A stretch of 64,000 nt of DNA from Chrysomallon squamiferum (taxonomy: Eukaryota > Animalia > Mollusca), in assembly GCA_012295275.1 (NCBI GenBank), contig CM022679.1, forward strand, positions 21,452,001 to 21,516,000, in the 5' to 3' direction. The translations under genes and the position numbers were made by a program. The stretch's first letter is position 1; the number at the start of each line of letters is the position of its first letter. Under the pieces are notes generated by a model. The model was not told the origin of the DNA, did not search any database, and saw nothing but the letters and a program-made list of their open reading frames with translations. Positions 13,855 through 27,670 of this stretch are shown here, piece by piece.

Positions 13855-14235
13855 AACTGACGCCAGAGTTAATGGAAGTGGCCAGACATTTTTATCTGTC
13901 GATACAAAATAACACTGATGATCTGGCACACGTCATCAATTAACCAGACATCTTACGAAGACGTCACTGAGATGTTCTGACATGGATATGTCATATAAAT
14001 TGTGGTTGGAAATCAGAATAAATCTTTTTTTTTTTAAATCAGTCTGACGTCAGTATGCTGACATGTTAACAACGACATGAAACGAAACCGGTTCTACGAA
14101 TGACGTAAAGTGTAACAAGCAGTCTGTCACGTCACAGAACAAACAGAGTTGACATCAATGCTCAGAGTTGACATCAATGCTCAGAGTTGACATCAATGCT
14201 CAGAGGTGACATCAATGCTTATAACTGACGTACAG
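13855..14235. promoter_or_regulatory. Cluster of CRE/ATF-like motifs (candidate enhancer)
   Basis: Perfect TGACGTCA at 14045, GACGTCA at 13960, TGACGTAA at 14101, ACGTCA at 13930 and 14129, TGACG at 13858 and 14226, and four TGACATCA. Confidence 0.35.
14144..14219. repeat. 19-bp tandem repeat, 4 copies
   Basis: Unit CAGAGTTGACATCAATGCT, with TGACATCA at 14150, 14169, 14188, 14207. Confidence 0.93.
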
Positions 14236-14818
14236 CATTAAACATTTAAGTTATTTCCATGGCAGTTTATAAACATATTATTGTTAACATGCGCTTACAA
14301 TATCTTGACAACTTAAAAATTACTCCTGCCATAGTGTTGAAGATTTTTTTTTCTGCAAGAATTTTCAGGATTACTTCTGCAAATATTTTAATATAATGCC
14401 TGTCTACACTTTAAAAATATTGTTTCTGCTGATATTTTTATGATTTTGTTTTCTCTAAACGTTTTGAGATAATTCCTACCAACATTTTAAAAATATTTCT
14501 GCCAATATATTCAAGATTATGTCTTCCAGCTTTTTAATATTATTCTGAAATGATAACATTTGAAACATTGCATATGTATATTCCTTATTATCCCTTATTA
14601 TACCATACATTAAGTATAATGTGAATATATTTGATTATATTAAATTTATAACTAAAAGAAGTCAACCATGTGATTTTGTAATGGGCTATAATCAATGCAA
14701 CATGATGCATCATATTCAGTCGATTTAGTTTACTTTTTTTTCTTTCCTTCTCTCTTTCTGTTTTTTATATCTCTGTCCTTCTCTTTCAATATTCATTTAT
14801 TTATTTATCTTCTTTAAA

Positions 14819-14851
<33 letters not shown>

Positions 14852-15159
14852 CAGACGAGACATACTTGTGTAAATCTAGTTAAAAGCAAGGATGCATCAC
14901 TCATCAGACACACTTTCTCATCTGTCCTTTCTTCCAAAAGCAGAAAAGATTAAAATGATCCCATGACAAATACTGTTACAGTCACTGAGCTAGTATTTTT
15001 ATCTTAATCTGCCAGCACAACACTGGATCTGGTTTCCTGTCTTTGTTAATAATAAGTATAACATGAGAGATAAACTTTATCTCCTAGTTCTTTACCTGAG
15101 TGTACGATGTTCAAAATCAGGGACAGGTTCTATAACGTTATTCACTTCCACTGTGTTCA

Positions 15160-15265
15160 TTTAGGGATAGATTTTATCTAGCTGTTATGTACAATGTACA
15201 GATTTAGGGATAGATTTTATCTGCTGGTTCTGTATAATGTACAATATTTGGGATAGATTTTTATC
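15160..15265. repeat. ~43-bp degenerate tandem repeat, 3 copies
   Basis: Recurrent TTTAGGGATAGATTTTATCT core. Confidence 0.75.
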
Positions 15266-15443
15266 AGGTATTTTTCTCTGCCATTGTGAAAACAGCCTGT
15301 CAGTTGTATAACTGTGAGTGAAATGAAAACAGACACAGTTTACTTTTGTCACAATCCTTGCTAAGCTTTTTGATGGGTCGACTTTTGTACTTGTCCATTT
15401 TTATAAACTGTGACAGGAATAAAAAGTGACAAGATGAGCCTAG

Positions 15444-15478
<35 letters not shown>

Positions 15479-18072
15479 AATAAGAAGGGAAAAGGAAAAA
15501 GAAAGAAAGAATAAAATAAAAAATAAAAATAATGGTTTAACTTGAATTTAATAAAAATAAAAAGCAAAGAAAAAGGAAGAAGTCAGACAAATAAATAAAT
15601 AAACAAAATGAATAAATATAATAATATTATGATTATTACTAATTTTGTTAAAATGAGTTTTTTCAAGCTGACAATCTGTAACAAGAATAATTTTAATTAA
15701 TTTTTATTTTAAATAAACATCAACAACACAAATAATAATGCAAAAGTTTACAATTTCTGTATATTCAGTATATTTTACAAAATAAACTATTTAAATAGAA
15801 AAAATTACATTTTCTAGTAGGTATGTTAATATCAGATTATATTTACATATATAATTATATGCAAACACACACGCACAAAACACACACACACACATTTATA
15901 GATATCTGAAAATAATTTGGTTTAAAACAAAATTTAATTAACAAATATTTTGTTAAAACAAAACAACATCAGTCATTACAAACAAAACATGACAAAAATA
16001 AAAAGAAGAAGAAGAAAAAAAGAAAGACATAAATACAAAATAAACAAAAAAACCCAAAATGGAATAAAATAATCATGAACAAAGAATCAGTCCTAATTGA
16101 CATATTGGTTTACACGGAGGAGTTTAAATGTTTAAAATAATTCCAAGATGGCTGACATAATGGATATGAAGCTGAGCTAATGCAGTCTTACAAGCAGATT
16201 ATCATTTACTTCCAGGAGGAAATGAGACCCCAAGGAATTCTCCCTGCAATGATCTGTGTGTGGTGGTGTCCTACACCATTTGTCATTTAAACAAACATCA
16301 CAGAGTGGGATTCTCTGTGTTAAAATAACACGTGTTTGAAAAAATAACACTAGTAATGCTGAAAAGATTAAATAATTTAATTTGTCCAGTGTCCTTTTTT
16401 TTTTTAAATTATTATCTAAATCACTTGTTTATTATTCCTTTAGAGTTTTCATTTTTTTTTTTTTAAATTTCTCTTCAGTCCTTGTTATTCCCTGTAGTTT
16501 GGTTTTATTACTCCTCCAAGACATCATTGTTGACTGTAGTACTCATTTATTATTCCAATTAGCGACCATTATTCCCTTCAATTCTTATTTAATATGCCTC
16601 ATAGACCTCTTTATTTTCATTTATTATCCCTGTTGGTCCCAGTTTTTCCCTGAAGTTTTCATTTATTATTCCTTGAATATATTTTTTTTAAACTCCTAAC
16701 AGAATTCACTATTCCCTGAGATCATTATTTTATATTATCTGCAGTCAGTCCTCTGTCTTATTTTCATTTTAGTCCTAATTCATTATTCAGCCATGATAAT
16801 GGAGTGGGTCCTTATTTTTTTTATTTCTTCTAGTCCTGATTCATCATTCTGTTGTGGGCCTCTTCTGGAACAGATTACTGTTCAGTGTTTGCTATTTAGA
16901 AACAAACAAAAAAGTCAGGTAGATTTTTCCTTTTTAAAATATATTGGCTAATTGGGAGTGAAAAGTTTGCTGACCATTCACCTGTAAAGTCCACTGACCA
17001 GATTGACCACTGTTAAATAACAGGTAGACAGTAATCTGAATAATATTAAAATGCAGAAGGAAGAAATAAAAAATTTTTAATGATTTATTCAACACATTTT
17101 TAAATATACAGTTATGAAGAGTACAGATATTGAGAAAAGAAACTTTTTTTGTTTTTTTCATAAGATGAACTACTTTGGATTTGTTGAAAATGAATAGAAT
17201 TATGGATTAGATAGGTTTACAAATGGTTAAGTTTATGTGGGTTTCTTTTTTCTTTTCTGATTTCATATTATCTGGAAAAAGTTATAAGATTTAAGTATTT
17301 CCTGCTGATTTCATATTTTAATATTTTACATGTTACAAGTAAAATCAAACCAAATTAAGAAATAAGAAATCTGCAGTTTGAAAAATAAATTTAAAAAAAA
17401 AGTAAAAGTAAAAATCAGTAATAGTGTGAGATAACTGACATATTTCAAGTTACAAAAATCTAAGCATAGTTCAATGAATGTCTGTATTCAAAGACAAGAT
17501 TAAACTCAATTTAAATTATCTTCTTTATATAAATGTTACATTGTTTATTGCTTTTTATTATTATTTTCTTGTTATTTTCTATAGAAAAACAATTTTAAAA
17601 AAAATAAAAATAAAATACATTTAAGAACTGAAGAAAAAAGATGACAAAAGATTGTTTTTTCAGTTTTTTAACTATTATTGTTGTTCTTATAGTAATAATT
17701 ATAGTAATATTTATTATTATTATTGCTGTTATTATTATTTATTTATTTATTTATTTGTTATTTTATTATTATTTTATTTACTGTTGTTGTTGTAATTGTT
17801 GTTGTCTTTTTTGTTATTGTTATTATTATTAGTTATTATTTTATTTATTTATTTATTTATTTATTGTTGTTGTTGTTATTATTATCTTGTTAGAAATTCA
17901 TCACTGACCAATCTGAGTTATATTCTTTCAACAGTTTGAATATAAACTATTATTTTTTACACTGGTTTTCTCACATTACACGAAACAATCACATTTTACA
18001 AGGAGTGTATTCTTCAAAAAATGGAGATTTTAATTTTTTATCAAAGGTTTTTTCTTCAGCTGGTGATTCGAT

Positions 18073-18914
18073 GTTATTGAAATGTTAATGTAATGTGGTT
18101 GTTATTGAAATGTTAATGTAATGTGGTTGTTATTGAAATGTTAATGTAATGTGGTTGTTATTGAAATGTTAATGTAATGTGGTTGTTATTGAAATGTTAA
18201 TGTAATGTGGTTGTTATTGAAATGTTAATGTAATGTGGTTGTTATTGAAATGTTAATGTAATGTGGTTGTTATTGAAATGTTAATGTAATGTGGTTCTTA
18301 TTGAAATGTTAATGTAATGTGGTTGTTATTGAAATGTTAATGTAATGTGGTTGTTATTGAAATGTTAATGTAATGTGGTTGTTATTGAAATGTTAATGTA
18401 ATGTGGTTGTTATTGAAATGTTAATGTAATGTGGTTGTTATTGAAATGTTAATGTAATGTGGTTGTTATTGAAATGTTAATGTAATGTGGTTGTTATTGA
18501 AAGTGTTAATGTAATGTGGTTGTTATTGAAATGTTAATGTAATGTGGTTGTTATTGAAATGTTAATGTAATGTGGTTGTTATTGAAATGTTAATGTAATG
18601 TGGTTGTTATTGAAATGTTAATGTAATGTGGTTGTTATTGAAATGTTAATGTAATGTGGTTGTTATTGAAATGTTAATGTAATGTGGTTGTTATTGAAAT
18701 GTTAATGTAATGTGGTTGTTATTGAAATGTTAATGTAATGTGGTTGTTATTGAAATGTTAATGTAATGTGGTTGTTATTGAAATGTTAATGTAATGTGGT
18801 TGTTATTGAAATGTTAATGTAATGTGGTTGTTATTGAAATGTTAATGTAATGTGGTTGTTATTGAAATGTTAATGTAATGTGGTTGTTATTGAAATGTTA
18901 ATGTAATGTGGTTA
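18073..18914. repeat. 28-bp near-perfect minisatellite, ~30 copies
   Basis: Unit GTTATTGAAATGTTAATGTAATGTGGTT. Only one substitution (~18297) and one single-base insertion (~18503) seen. Confidence 0.98.
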
Positions 18915-19599
18915 TCCATCGATATGGTTCATATGATAATGACTTCTCATGTGACAGATCCATTTGTTCTGTTCAAACAAGATAATTGCCATGATGTGAC
19001 TGAAATTGTTGGTACATAACAAATGTGACACTAACACATTAAATGAGTTACACGTCAAAATAATTACTTTTGCGCCAGCACTAAAAAAAAGAACAAAAAA
19101 AAATAAAACACTTCATAATGTCACAATTTTAGAATTTTAAGATTTTTGTTTTAAAAAAGGCTATATAAACACATTTATACACTGTCTAAAACAGAACCAA
19201 AAATATCTAAAATTAAAAATGGTTTCTTTGACGTAACATTGAAGATGTTAGAAATTATAGTTTAAAGATTTTTTGTTGTATTCAGTTTTCACAGATCTCT
19301 GCAAAGTGTACAAGATGCAAGCCAATGACACACAGTAACAACACCTGAATAACTAACTCAGGTCTTTGAAAACTCTACATAAACCCTGATTTTGATAACA
19401 GATAGTTGTAATGGTATGACAGATAGTTACAGCATCATGATAGTTATTTCCCAGAATCTTGACTGAGATGTTCTAAATGAGATTTAGTTTTCTTTTGTGT
19501 GTTTTTCTTGACTTTTTGCTAATAGGATATCGTTTCTGTGATATGACATTACATTTAATTTGAATTAATGTATAGAAACTTTTAACAACAGCAACAAAA

Positions 19600-19601
19600 A
19601 A

Positions 19602-19648
<47 letters not shown>

Positions 19649-19735
19649 TAATAATGATACTGATAATAATAATAATAATAATAATGATATAATAATAAAA
19701 ATAATATTACTAAAATAATAATAAATAAAATGATG

Positions 19736-19772
<37 letters not shown>
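19600..19772. repeat. (AAAT)n/(AAT)n compound microsatellite
   Basis: Direct inspection. Confidence 0.9.
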
Positions 19773-19776
<4 letters not shown>

Positions 19777-20512
19777 CATCACTTTTCTGTTTATTTTGAT
19801 TTTATTTTCTCTAGAATCAACAAATGCTGATCTGTAATCATTGACAGGATGTCTCAATAAGCTTTACACTAAACGTAGAATTGATTCTACATAACTGTGA
19901 GAAGTAATGTTTCATTTATGTTTAAATCAACACAAACTTTATCACAACACAATGTGTGTTTTTTTTTCTGTTAGTTAATAAAATTTAAAAAAATAAATAT
20001 TTCTAATAAAGGGGCTTTTATTATTTTCTTTTAACAGATTTTTAAAACGTTAGTTTTTATTTAAATTTCTGCTGACCTATTTTTAAACAGATTTTTGTGT
20101 CAGATTTATTTTTCATTTTTGGCTTAGAACAAGGTTTTTTTTTTTAATTTTCTGTTGACAAAGATTTAAAGAAAAAAATGTTTGTGACAGAAGTTTTTAA
20201 TTTTCCAATAACACATATTTAATTGGAAAATGTTAGAGGTGTAGAGAGTTGAGAAGAACTGAGGAGGCAAAAAATAAATTAAAAATTAAAAATAAAACTC
20301 ATTAAAGCTGGAGGTTTTGGGGTTTTTTTTAAACAACAATGGATTTGCAATCTGCAAGCAAGAACAAAGCCTTTGTTTCTTGAAGAAAAAAAAAAAGGAA
20401 AGAAACTTCTAAATTAGATGTGATTGTGACAATAAGAGAGATTTGCTTTTTACATTAAAAAAAAAAAGATCACAAATAACGAACAGAAGTTTGATCTTTT
20501 AAGTGTTTATTC

Positions 20513-20978
20513 CCAGTGATTATTCCCTGTCAAAGACCTCCCAGTGATTATTCCCTGACAAAGACCTTGCAGTGATTATTCCCTGACAGTGACCTCACAG
20601 TGATTATTCCCTGACAATGACCTCACAGTGATTATTCCCTGACAATTCCCTGACCTCACCTCACAGTGATTATTCCCTGATAGTGACCTCACAGTGATTA
20701 TTCCCTGACAATGACCTCCCAGTGATTATTCCCTGACAATGACCTCACAGTGATTATTCCCTGACAGTGACCTTCCAGTGATTATTCCCTGACAGTGACC
20801 TTGCAGTGATTATTCCCTGACAGTGACCTTCCAGTGATTATTCCCTGACAAAGACCTCCCAGTGATTATTCCCTGACAATGACCTCACAGTGATTATTCT
20901 CTGACAGTGACCTCACAGTGATTATTCCCTGACAGTGACCTCACAGTGATTATTTATTCCCTGACAGTCACCTCACAG
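20513..20978. repeat. 28-bp minisatellite, ~16 copies
   Basis: Unit CAGTGATTATTCCCTGACAATGACCTCA, with TATTCCCTG at 20521, 20549 and onward. Confidence 0.96.
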
Positions 20979-21667
20979 TTTTGTTATTATCACTTGTAAC
21001 CACTTCAACACACTCCAGTAGGAGCTGTTCTTACGTTTTCCTGTTGTTACCACATTGCCAACAGCCTGGTATGGATTTTGTTTCATGACCACCCATGTGT
21101 TACGCTGTGTAATGAACTGCTGTGATATTTTCAATATGTTTTCAAAACGGTGCTAATGTTTTTCAAATCGATACAGCCGTCTCTGTGAGTGGTGTCAGAG
21201 ATGGTGATGCTGTAGCAGTGTGATATTTTGTGTGACACTGAGGTGGGAGGTTATCTGAGGTTGAGGGGTGATTGGGGATAACAAAACAAAAAAGTAGAGA
21301 AAAGGTTAAATATTTTTCTTGAACTAAAAGTTGCGTGATTTTTTTTGATATATGTTTAAATGACCTTTGTAGTGTAAATATTTATAGTTTGTAGTGTAAC
21401 AGTTTGTGGTATGTGAATAAAGATCTGCAGTGTATATGAAGGTTTATTAATAAATGTATAAAGATTTGTAAAACATGTAGAAGGGTTTATAGGGTTTGTG
21501 TGTGTGTGTGTGTGTGTGTGTGTTTGTGTTAGTACATGTGAAAAGGTTTTAACTTCATGTATAAAGACTTACAGTATATGTATAATGGTTTGTAGTGCCA
21601 TGTATAAAGATTTATTATTACAGGTATAAATAGTAATTAGAGTATGTATAAAGGTGTAAGATTTAGA

Positions 21668-22067
21668 TTACATGTATAAAGGTTTATCCTATATGTATAA
21701 AGGTTTATCCTACATGTATAAAGGTTTATCCTATATGTATAAAGGTTTATACTATATGTATGAAAGTTTATACTGCATATATAAAGGTTTATACTACATG
21801 TATAAAAGTTTATACTGCATATATAAAAGTTTATCCTACATGTATAAAGGTTTATACTATGTTTATAAAAAGTTTATACTACATGTATGAAAGTTTATAC
21901 TGCATATATAAAGGTTTATACTACATGTTTATAAAAGTTTTATACTACATGTATAAAAGTTTATCCTACATGTATAAAGGTTTATACTATATGTTTAATT
22001 AAGGTTTATACTACATGTATGAAAGTTTATACTGCATATATAAAGGTTTATACTACATGTATAAAGG
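21668..22067. repeat. 21-22-bp minisatellite with decayed upstream copies from ~21420
   Basis: Unit CATGTATAAAGGTTTATACTA. Gives the 7-aa repeat ORF MYKGLSY. Confidence 0.93.
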
Positions 22068-22361
22068 TGCAGTAACGTAATTGTAGTATGTTAACCTTTC
22101 CGTGTTGGAAGCAATGACTCTTCCCCTGTCTAATCTTAGACGTCTCTCCACCAATCAATGCCTCTCTCAGTAAACGGGTCAGTTTTGTCGCCAGAAATAG
22201 CCTGCTCAATCGCCTTGTATTGAAATTTAGTTCCTTAATTTGCCTCACCAAGTCTCACAAGATGCTCCACTTTTTATGCCAAGCATCAAAGATTTATCGC
22301 CAGTGAACCGATCCCAGTACGTCGTCCCTTGATCCATTAACGGAAAAAAAACGTCGTGAAC

Positions 22362-22437
22362 GCTTCAGTCTCCCACTTGCTGGTCTCCCACTTGCTTCAG
22401 TCTCCCACTTGCTTCAGTCTCCCACTTGCTGGTCTCT
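22362..22437. repeat. 16-17-bp tandem repeat, ~4.5 copies
   Basis: GTCTCCCACTTGCT core linked by TCA or G. Confidence 0.9.
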
Positions 22438-22933
22438 AGCTCGAAACTTTCGCTGATTATTTTATTTTCACATTTATCTCCCCCCCCGTCATTGATTTTG
22501 TTGGTGAAATATTTTTGTTTGCCATCTCTTTATCTCTTTCTCAGTCTTCTGCAATTAATGTAAGGGTTATTAAGGCACCCAGCTGTGTTTGCCTGTTTAT
22601 TTTGGACAGGCTGTATGTATGTGGGTGTCCTTTCATTCTTTCATAATCTGTTATTGCTTTTGCTTTGTGAGATGAGAGATGAGATGGGGGCAAGGGTGAG
22701 GAATTGATTAATATTTGCCTTTACATTCAGATCACAGAAAAATACTACATAAAAATAAACACACACACACACACACACACTTATGGCATTGAAAATTATC
22801 TGTCATAAAACTAAGCATAAACTCAAACAAAATCATGCAAAATGCATACACAAACATGCACACTCACACACTTACATATATACAAATTCATAAATGCAAT
22901 TACATTCTCTTTGATAACAGAGACACACAATTT

Positions 22934-22969
<36 letters not shown>

Positions 22970-23884
22970 CCACATACATATTTCATACTTATGTATGCCT
23001 GTCATTAATACACAAACACAAAATTACACAATTTGCATATAAACACTAATAGACATATACAAACTTTTACTCTAATTTTCTATTACACAAACAAAAAATA
23101 CAACACTATATATATATATATATATAAAATCTTTATTTGTGTACTATAAACCTTTATTTTAAACTATGTACTATAAATACTTACATATGTACTACTATAA
23201 AGGTCATTTAAACATACGTTAAAAATCATACAACTTTTAATTCAAGAAGAATATTAAACCTTTTCTGTGCTATTCATATATTCATTCACTCTTCATTCAT
23301 TCTTCATTCGTACTTTCTTTCCCTCATTCAGGTGTATTCACACTGTTTACACAGCTGACAGATGTTACTGTAATGGAGAACTGTAGATATTAATAATTCT
23401 GCTTTGTGAATGACTAGTCAAACAAAGAGCCTGTGTTTCCATCATTTCCAGTACTTTGTTTGTTGTTTGTTTTATTCCATAAGAGATTTGATAAAAGTTC
23501 CACTAATGAGTTTTGTCCTGGAGTAATTTGTTTATAATTCAGTTTGATATGTATGTGTTTGTCGATGTGTTTGTGTGTGTGTGTGAGTATGTGTATGTGT
23601 GGGTGTGGGTGTGGGTGTGTCCTTGTGTTTGTGTGGGTGTGTGTGTGTGTATGGGTGTGAGTGTGTGTAAAGTTTTATCTTTAGAATCATGTATTTCTGT
23701 GATTCAATTTATAATTTAAAAATATTCAAGACTTGCCTGCTCTATCACTTAAATGATAATTTTAAAAAATTGCCTAATTTTTATCTAATCAGTTTTATAT
23801 AATAAATTATCATAACCAAACATCCATTTATTTAAACTGATAATTTAAAATAAAAATTAAAAAATTAAATAAAATAAATTTGCC

Positions 23885-23995
23885 AAGCACTGGATGGCCT
23901 GTGATATCTCAGGAACTGGAAAACTGATAAATGGAAGCACCAGAAAGAACTGATCCCTTAAACCACCATTCCTCATACAAACACTTAACTGATAC
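23885..23995 (-). mobile_element. Degenerate SINE fragment
   Basis: Minus strand GTGCTTCCATTTATCAGTTTTCCAGTTCC aligns with the + strand GTGCACCCATTAGGCTGTTTTCCAGTTCC at ~42410-42438, sharing the 13-mer GTTTTCCAGTTCC. Confidence 0.5.
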
Positions 23996-25439
23996 ACCGA
24001 ACACTTTATTTAGAGCCAATAGAAATTCTTATATTTTATTAGATATGAGAAACAAACAAACAAAAAAACAACAACAAACAACCAACCCATAATGTGTTGG
24101 TTCAGTAGCAAATATCCAATGATCAACAGAAATAATTGAAAAAAAAAAAATAAAGCAAAAAATATAATAAAAAATAACACAAAAATAAACTAAAAGTTTA
24201 AACAGAATTCCAGTATTAGCCTATATCTTTACACATCAAGCAATTAAAATATTTCAGGATAGAAATTAACCAATAGTTTAACAGTGAAAACTGAAGAAAA
24301 AAATCAAAATTAAAACAATCAAAGATAACTAGACAGAAATGACAGTTCAAAGTTCAGTTAAACTTAAAACAAAACAAAATAACCCACATTATACAGACAA
24401 AAACAATTAAAACTTTTCAGAATGGAAATTTGCCAATAATTAATAGACAAAATTTCAAAAAAAAAGAAAAGAAAAAAGATTAAAACAAAGACTGACAGAC
24501 AAAACGATGGTGAGTGATGTCATGGACAAAGTGACCACCATGTTGATTTCAGAGAGTCTGTCTGTCTGTCTGTCTGTCTGTTATTAACCAGGCCCACACT
24601 GGTTGTTAACAAAAAGCTGGCCAGTGTAATGACTTCCTGTTGACAGGCTCCTGGTTACAGTGATTCTCCATAAAGCAGATTAGACGTTTGTAAATGACAT
24701 AGCAACTGTAGATTGCTTTTGAAGGATTTTCAATACGCGGGCTATTATTTCAACGAATGTCTGTCAGTTTACTTCCATCATGGATTTTGTTTTGTTTTTT
24801 TTTTTTTTGTGTGTGTGTCTTTGTTTGAGATTTGTTTTGTTCTGTTTTGTTTTTGTCATTGTTTTTGTTTGCAAAGATGTGTTGTACATGTTTTTTTTTT
24901 TTTTGGAAATATGCAGAGATAAAAATTTCAAATTTATTAAATTTATTTTTTGTTGTTATTTTATTTAGAATAATTAAATAGAAGTATTTTTTTTTATTAT
25001 TTTTTTTTTATTTTATTTTTTTTATCTTATTTATTTGAATATTTGTATAATTAATTTATTTATTTTCTCATTTATTAATTAATAACATTTTTTAAAAAGT
25101 TTTAAAATCAGTTTATCATTATTAATTATTGTTTGTTTGTTTGTTTATTTATTTATTTGTTTATTTATTATGATGTAGTGAATGCCCTGATTCAATTTCA
25201 TTATTAAAACTAATTCTTCAATCTTTTCTTCAGAGTATTTCTTCTTCTGACTTTTTATTTTTAAATAATTATATCCTTATTGATCTGCCCATCCTATATC
25301 AGTGCTTCCTTCTGCCATTTTTTTTTTTAATTTCTCTTTCTCTGTCTCTAATCAGCTTATTAATGCTCCATAGTTATTTACAGATACTTCTGGCCTTCTC
25401 TCCATCCATCTTTCCATTTGTCCATTTTTCAGTCTCTCC

Positions 25440-25665
25440 ATCAATTCTTCTATCTATCTATCCATCCATGACTACATCCATTTGTCCATCTCTCCATCTG
25501 TCCTTCTATCTTAACCATCCATAGATCAATCCATTTATCCATCCATTTGTTCACCCATCCATCCATCCCTCCATCCCTCTATCCATCGATCCATCCATTT
25601 ATCTAGCTATCTGAACATCCATCCATTTGTCTGTCCATCTGATAATTCAACCATCTGTCTGTCCA
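25440..25665. repeat. Degenerate (ATCC)n microsatellite
   Basis: Direct inspection. Confidence 0.85.
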
Positions 25666-26666
25666 TCAATCTAACAACTCAATTAGTCAACTTAATCATC
25701 GCTACCATTACGTTCTGACAGTTAAATGAGCAAGTTTTAGCCAAGGAACAACACACAGGCCAAGAATTTCGAGACGAAAACAAACAGGAAAAACTAACAA
25801 AGACATCCATTTAGAAACAGCTGTTACAAGGAAAGATTAAAAAAAACAAAAATTAGCTTCTGTAGACGTGGTTATCTGTACAAAACAATGATGAAATGAA
25901 GAACTACAATTTTTGTTTAAACAGAGCTGAGGCTGGAACTCAACACATTTTAGTATTAATAATCCAGTTACTGGATGTGAAAACTGTGTGTTTCAATGTT
26001 GACAACAGAGTAGAAACCTGCAAGTTGAGTTCTCTTTGATGTTTGATGTTTGAATGAACAGTACTTGGAGATGTTGGGTGGGAACAAAAGTTCATAGCAT
26101 TTTAAAGTCAAATTTAAAGATGGTATTTTGTTATTTGTATCAAGTTTTTCAGCTTTTGGTCATATGTGTCATATATTGTCATATATTGCTGTCATGTGCA
26201 AAATGAACTCAAATGCTCAAAAGCCACCTGTTGAAACATTTCTACAATCTTTTGTTTTATATTCATCTTCCTGCAGTCAGAAAAATTCACCTGTATTTAC
26301 CTGTGGAATGAATTAATAGTTATTTATGAAATGAAACCTCAGAACATATTGTGAGATATATAATTAAATAATAATAACAATAATAATAATGTTATATTAG
26401 ACATTAACTTCAGTAAGCGGTTTCAAGAATTTCAGTGATACTTTAATTATTAAAGTAAGTTCTTGACATTTTAAATAATTGATGATGATGTGGGTGGAAA
26501 ACAGTTATTTGATATTTGTCTCTTTTTCTTTGTTTAATTCTTTTTTCTTTTTTAAACTGTTTTTTCCTTCTGTCTTTCTCCATTTCTCTTATTTCTCTCA
26601 ACATGTGCTTAATTCAGAATGATTTTATTTCTCTCTGTCTCTTTATTTTCCATCTTACACTCTTTT

Positions 26667-26667
<1 letters not shown>

Positions 26668-26724
<57 letters not shown>

Positions 26725-26842
26725 CGTCTATCTGTCTATCTATCTATCTATCTATCCATCTATCTTTCTCTGTATGTCTATCTATCTATATCTATCCATC
26801 TATCTATCTCTGTTTATCTGTCTGTCTCTCTATCTATCTCTC

Positions 26843-26893
<51 letters not shown>

Positions 26894-26902
26894 CTCTATC
26901 TA
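26668..26902. repeat. (TCTA)n / GATA-type microsatellite
   Basis: Direct inspection. Gives the IYLS ORFs. Confidence 0.95.
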
Positions 26903-27454
26903 TTATCTAAGTTATGAAAGTATTTTTACACATTCTGTTGATGTGGTTATGTATGTAAATAACACGTGTGTATATGTGTGCATATCTATGTGCCTAAATG
27001 CATGTTACATGCATGTTAAGTTAAACAGTTTTCACCAGGAATCCATGCTGTTGTTCAGCGAACAAAACAATCTGTCAAACACACAGTTGTGAAGGTTGTT
27101 TGAGTGGTGATAACATGCTGTCTGATGGAGCTAGATAAAAGAGCTGTGTGGTTCAACACTGTGTACAGATAATGTATCAGACATGCACACACATCTGCAA
27201 TGAAACACACACTAATCTGAATTTTATGATGAACTGAATGTGAAGTAAATGAAGACTGGAGGTGACTGATGGAAAATAAAAAAACAAGCAGATGAAGAGA
27301 GGAGAGAGACAGAGAGAAAGGAAGAAATGGTAGGGAAGAAATGTAAAGAGAAAGAAGAGAGAGAGAGAGAGAGAGAGAGACCAAAAAAAAGATAAAAATG
27401 TAAGGTACATGCATATATACATATTCATATATACATACATACACATACATATAT

Positions 27455-27526
27455 AAATGTATGTGTGTGTTGTATGCAGGTATGTGTGTGTGTGTGTGTG
27501 GGTGTGTGTGTGTGTGTTGTATGCAG

Positions 27527-27559
<33 letters not shown>

Positions 27560-27630
27560 CACACACACATACTTACATTCATAATACATGCATACATATA
27601 TCCATACATATGTATATAAATACAAATATT

Positions 27631-27670
<40 letters not shown>

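Noticed and set aside
22571-22590. TAAGGCAC (miR-124-like 5' end), plus a loosely miR-8-like stretch at ~62983
   Set aside because: Only the seed region matches, and no precursor hairpin is evident.
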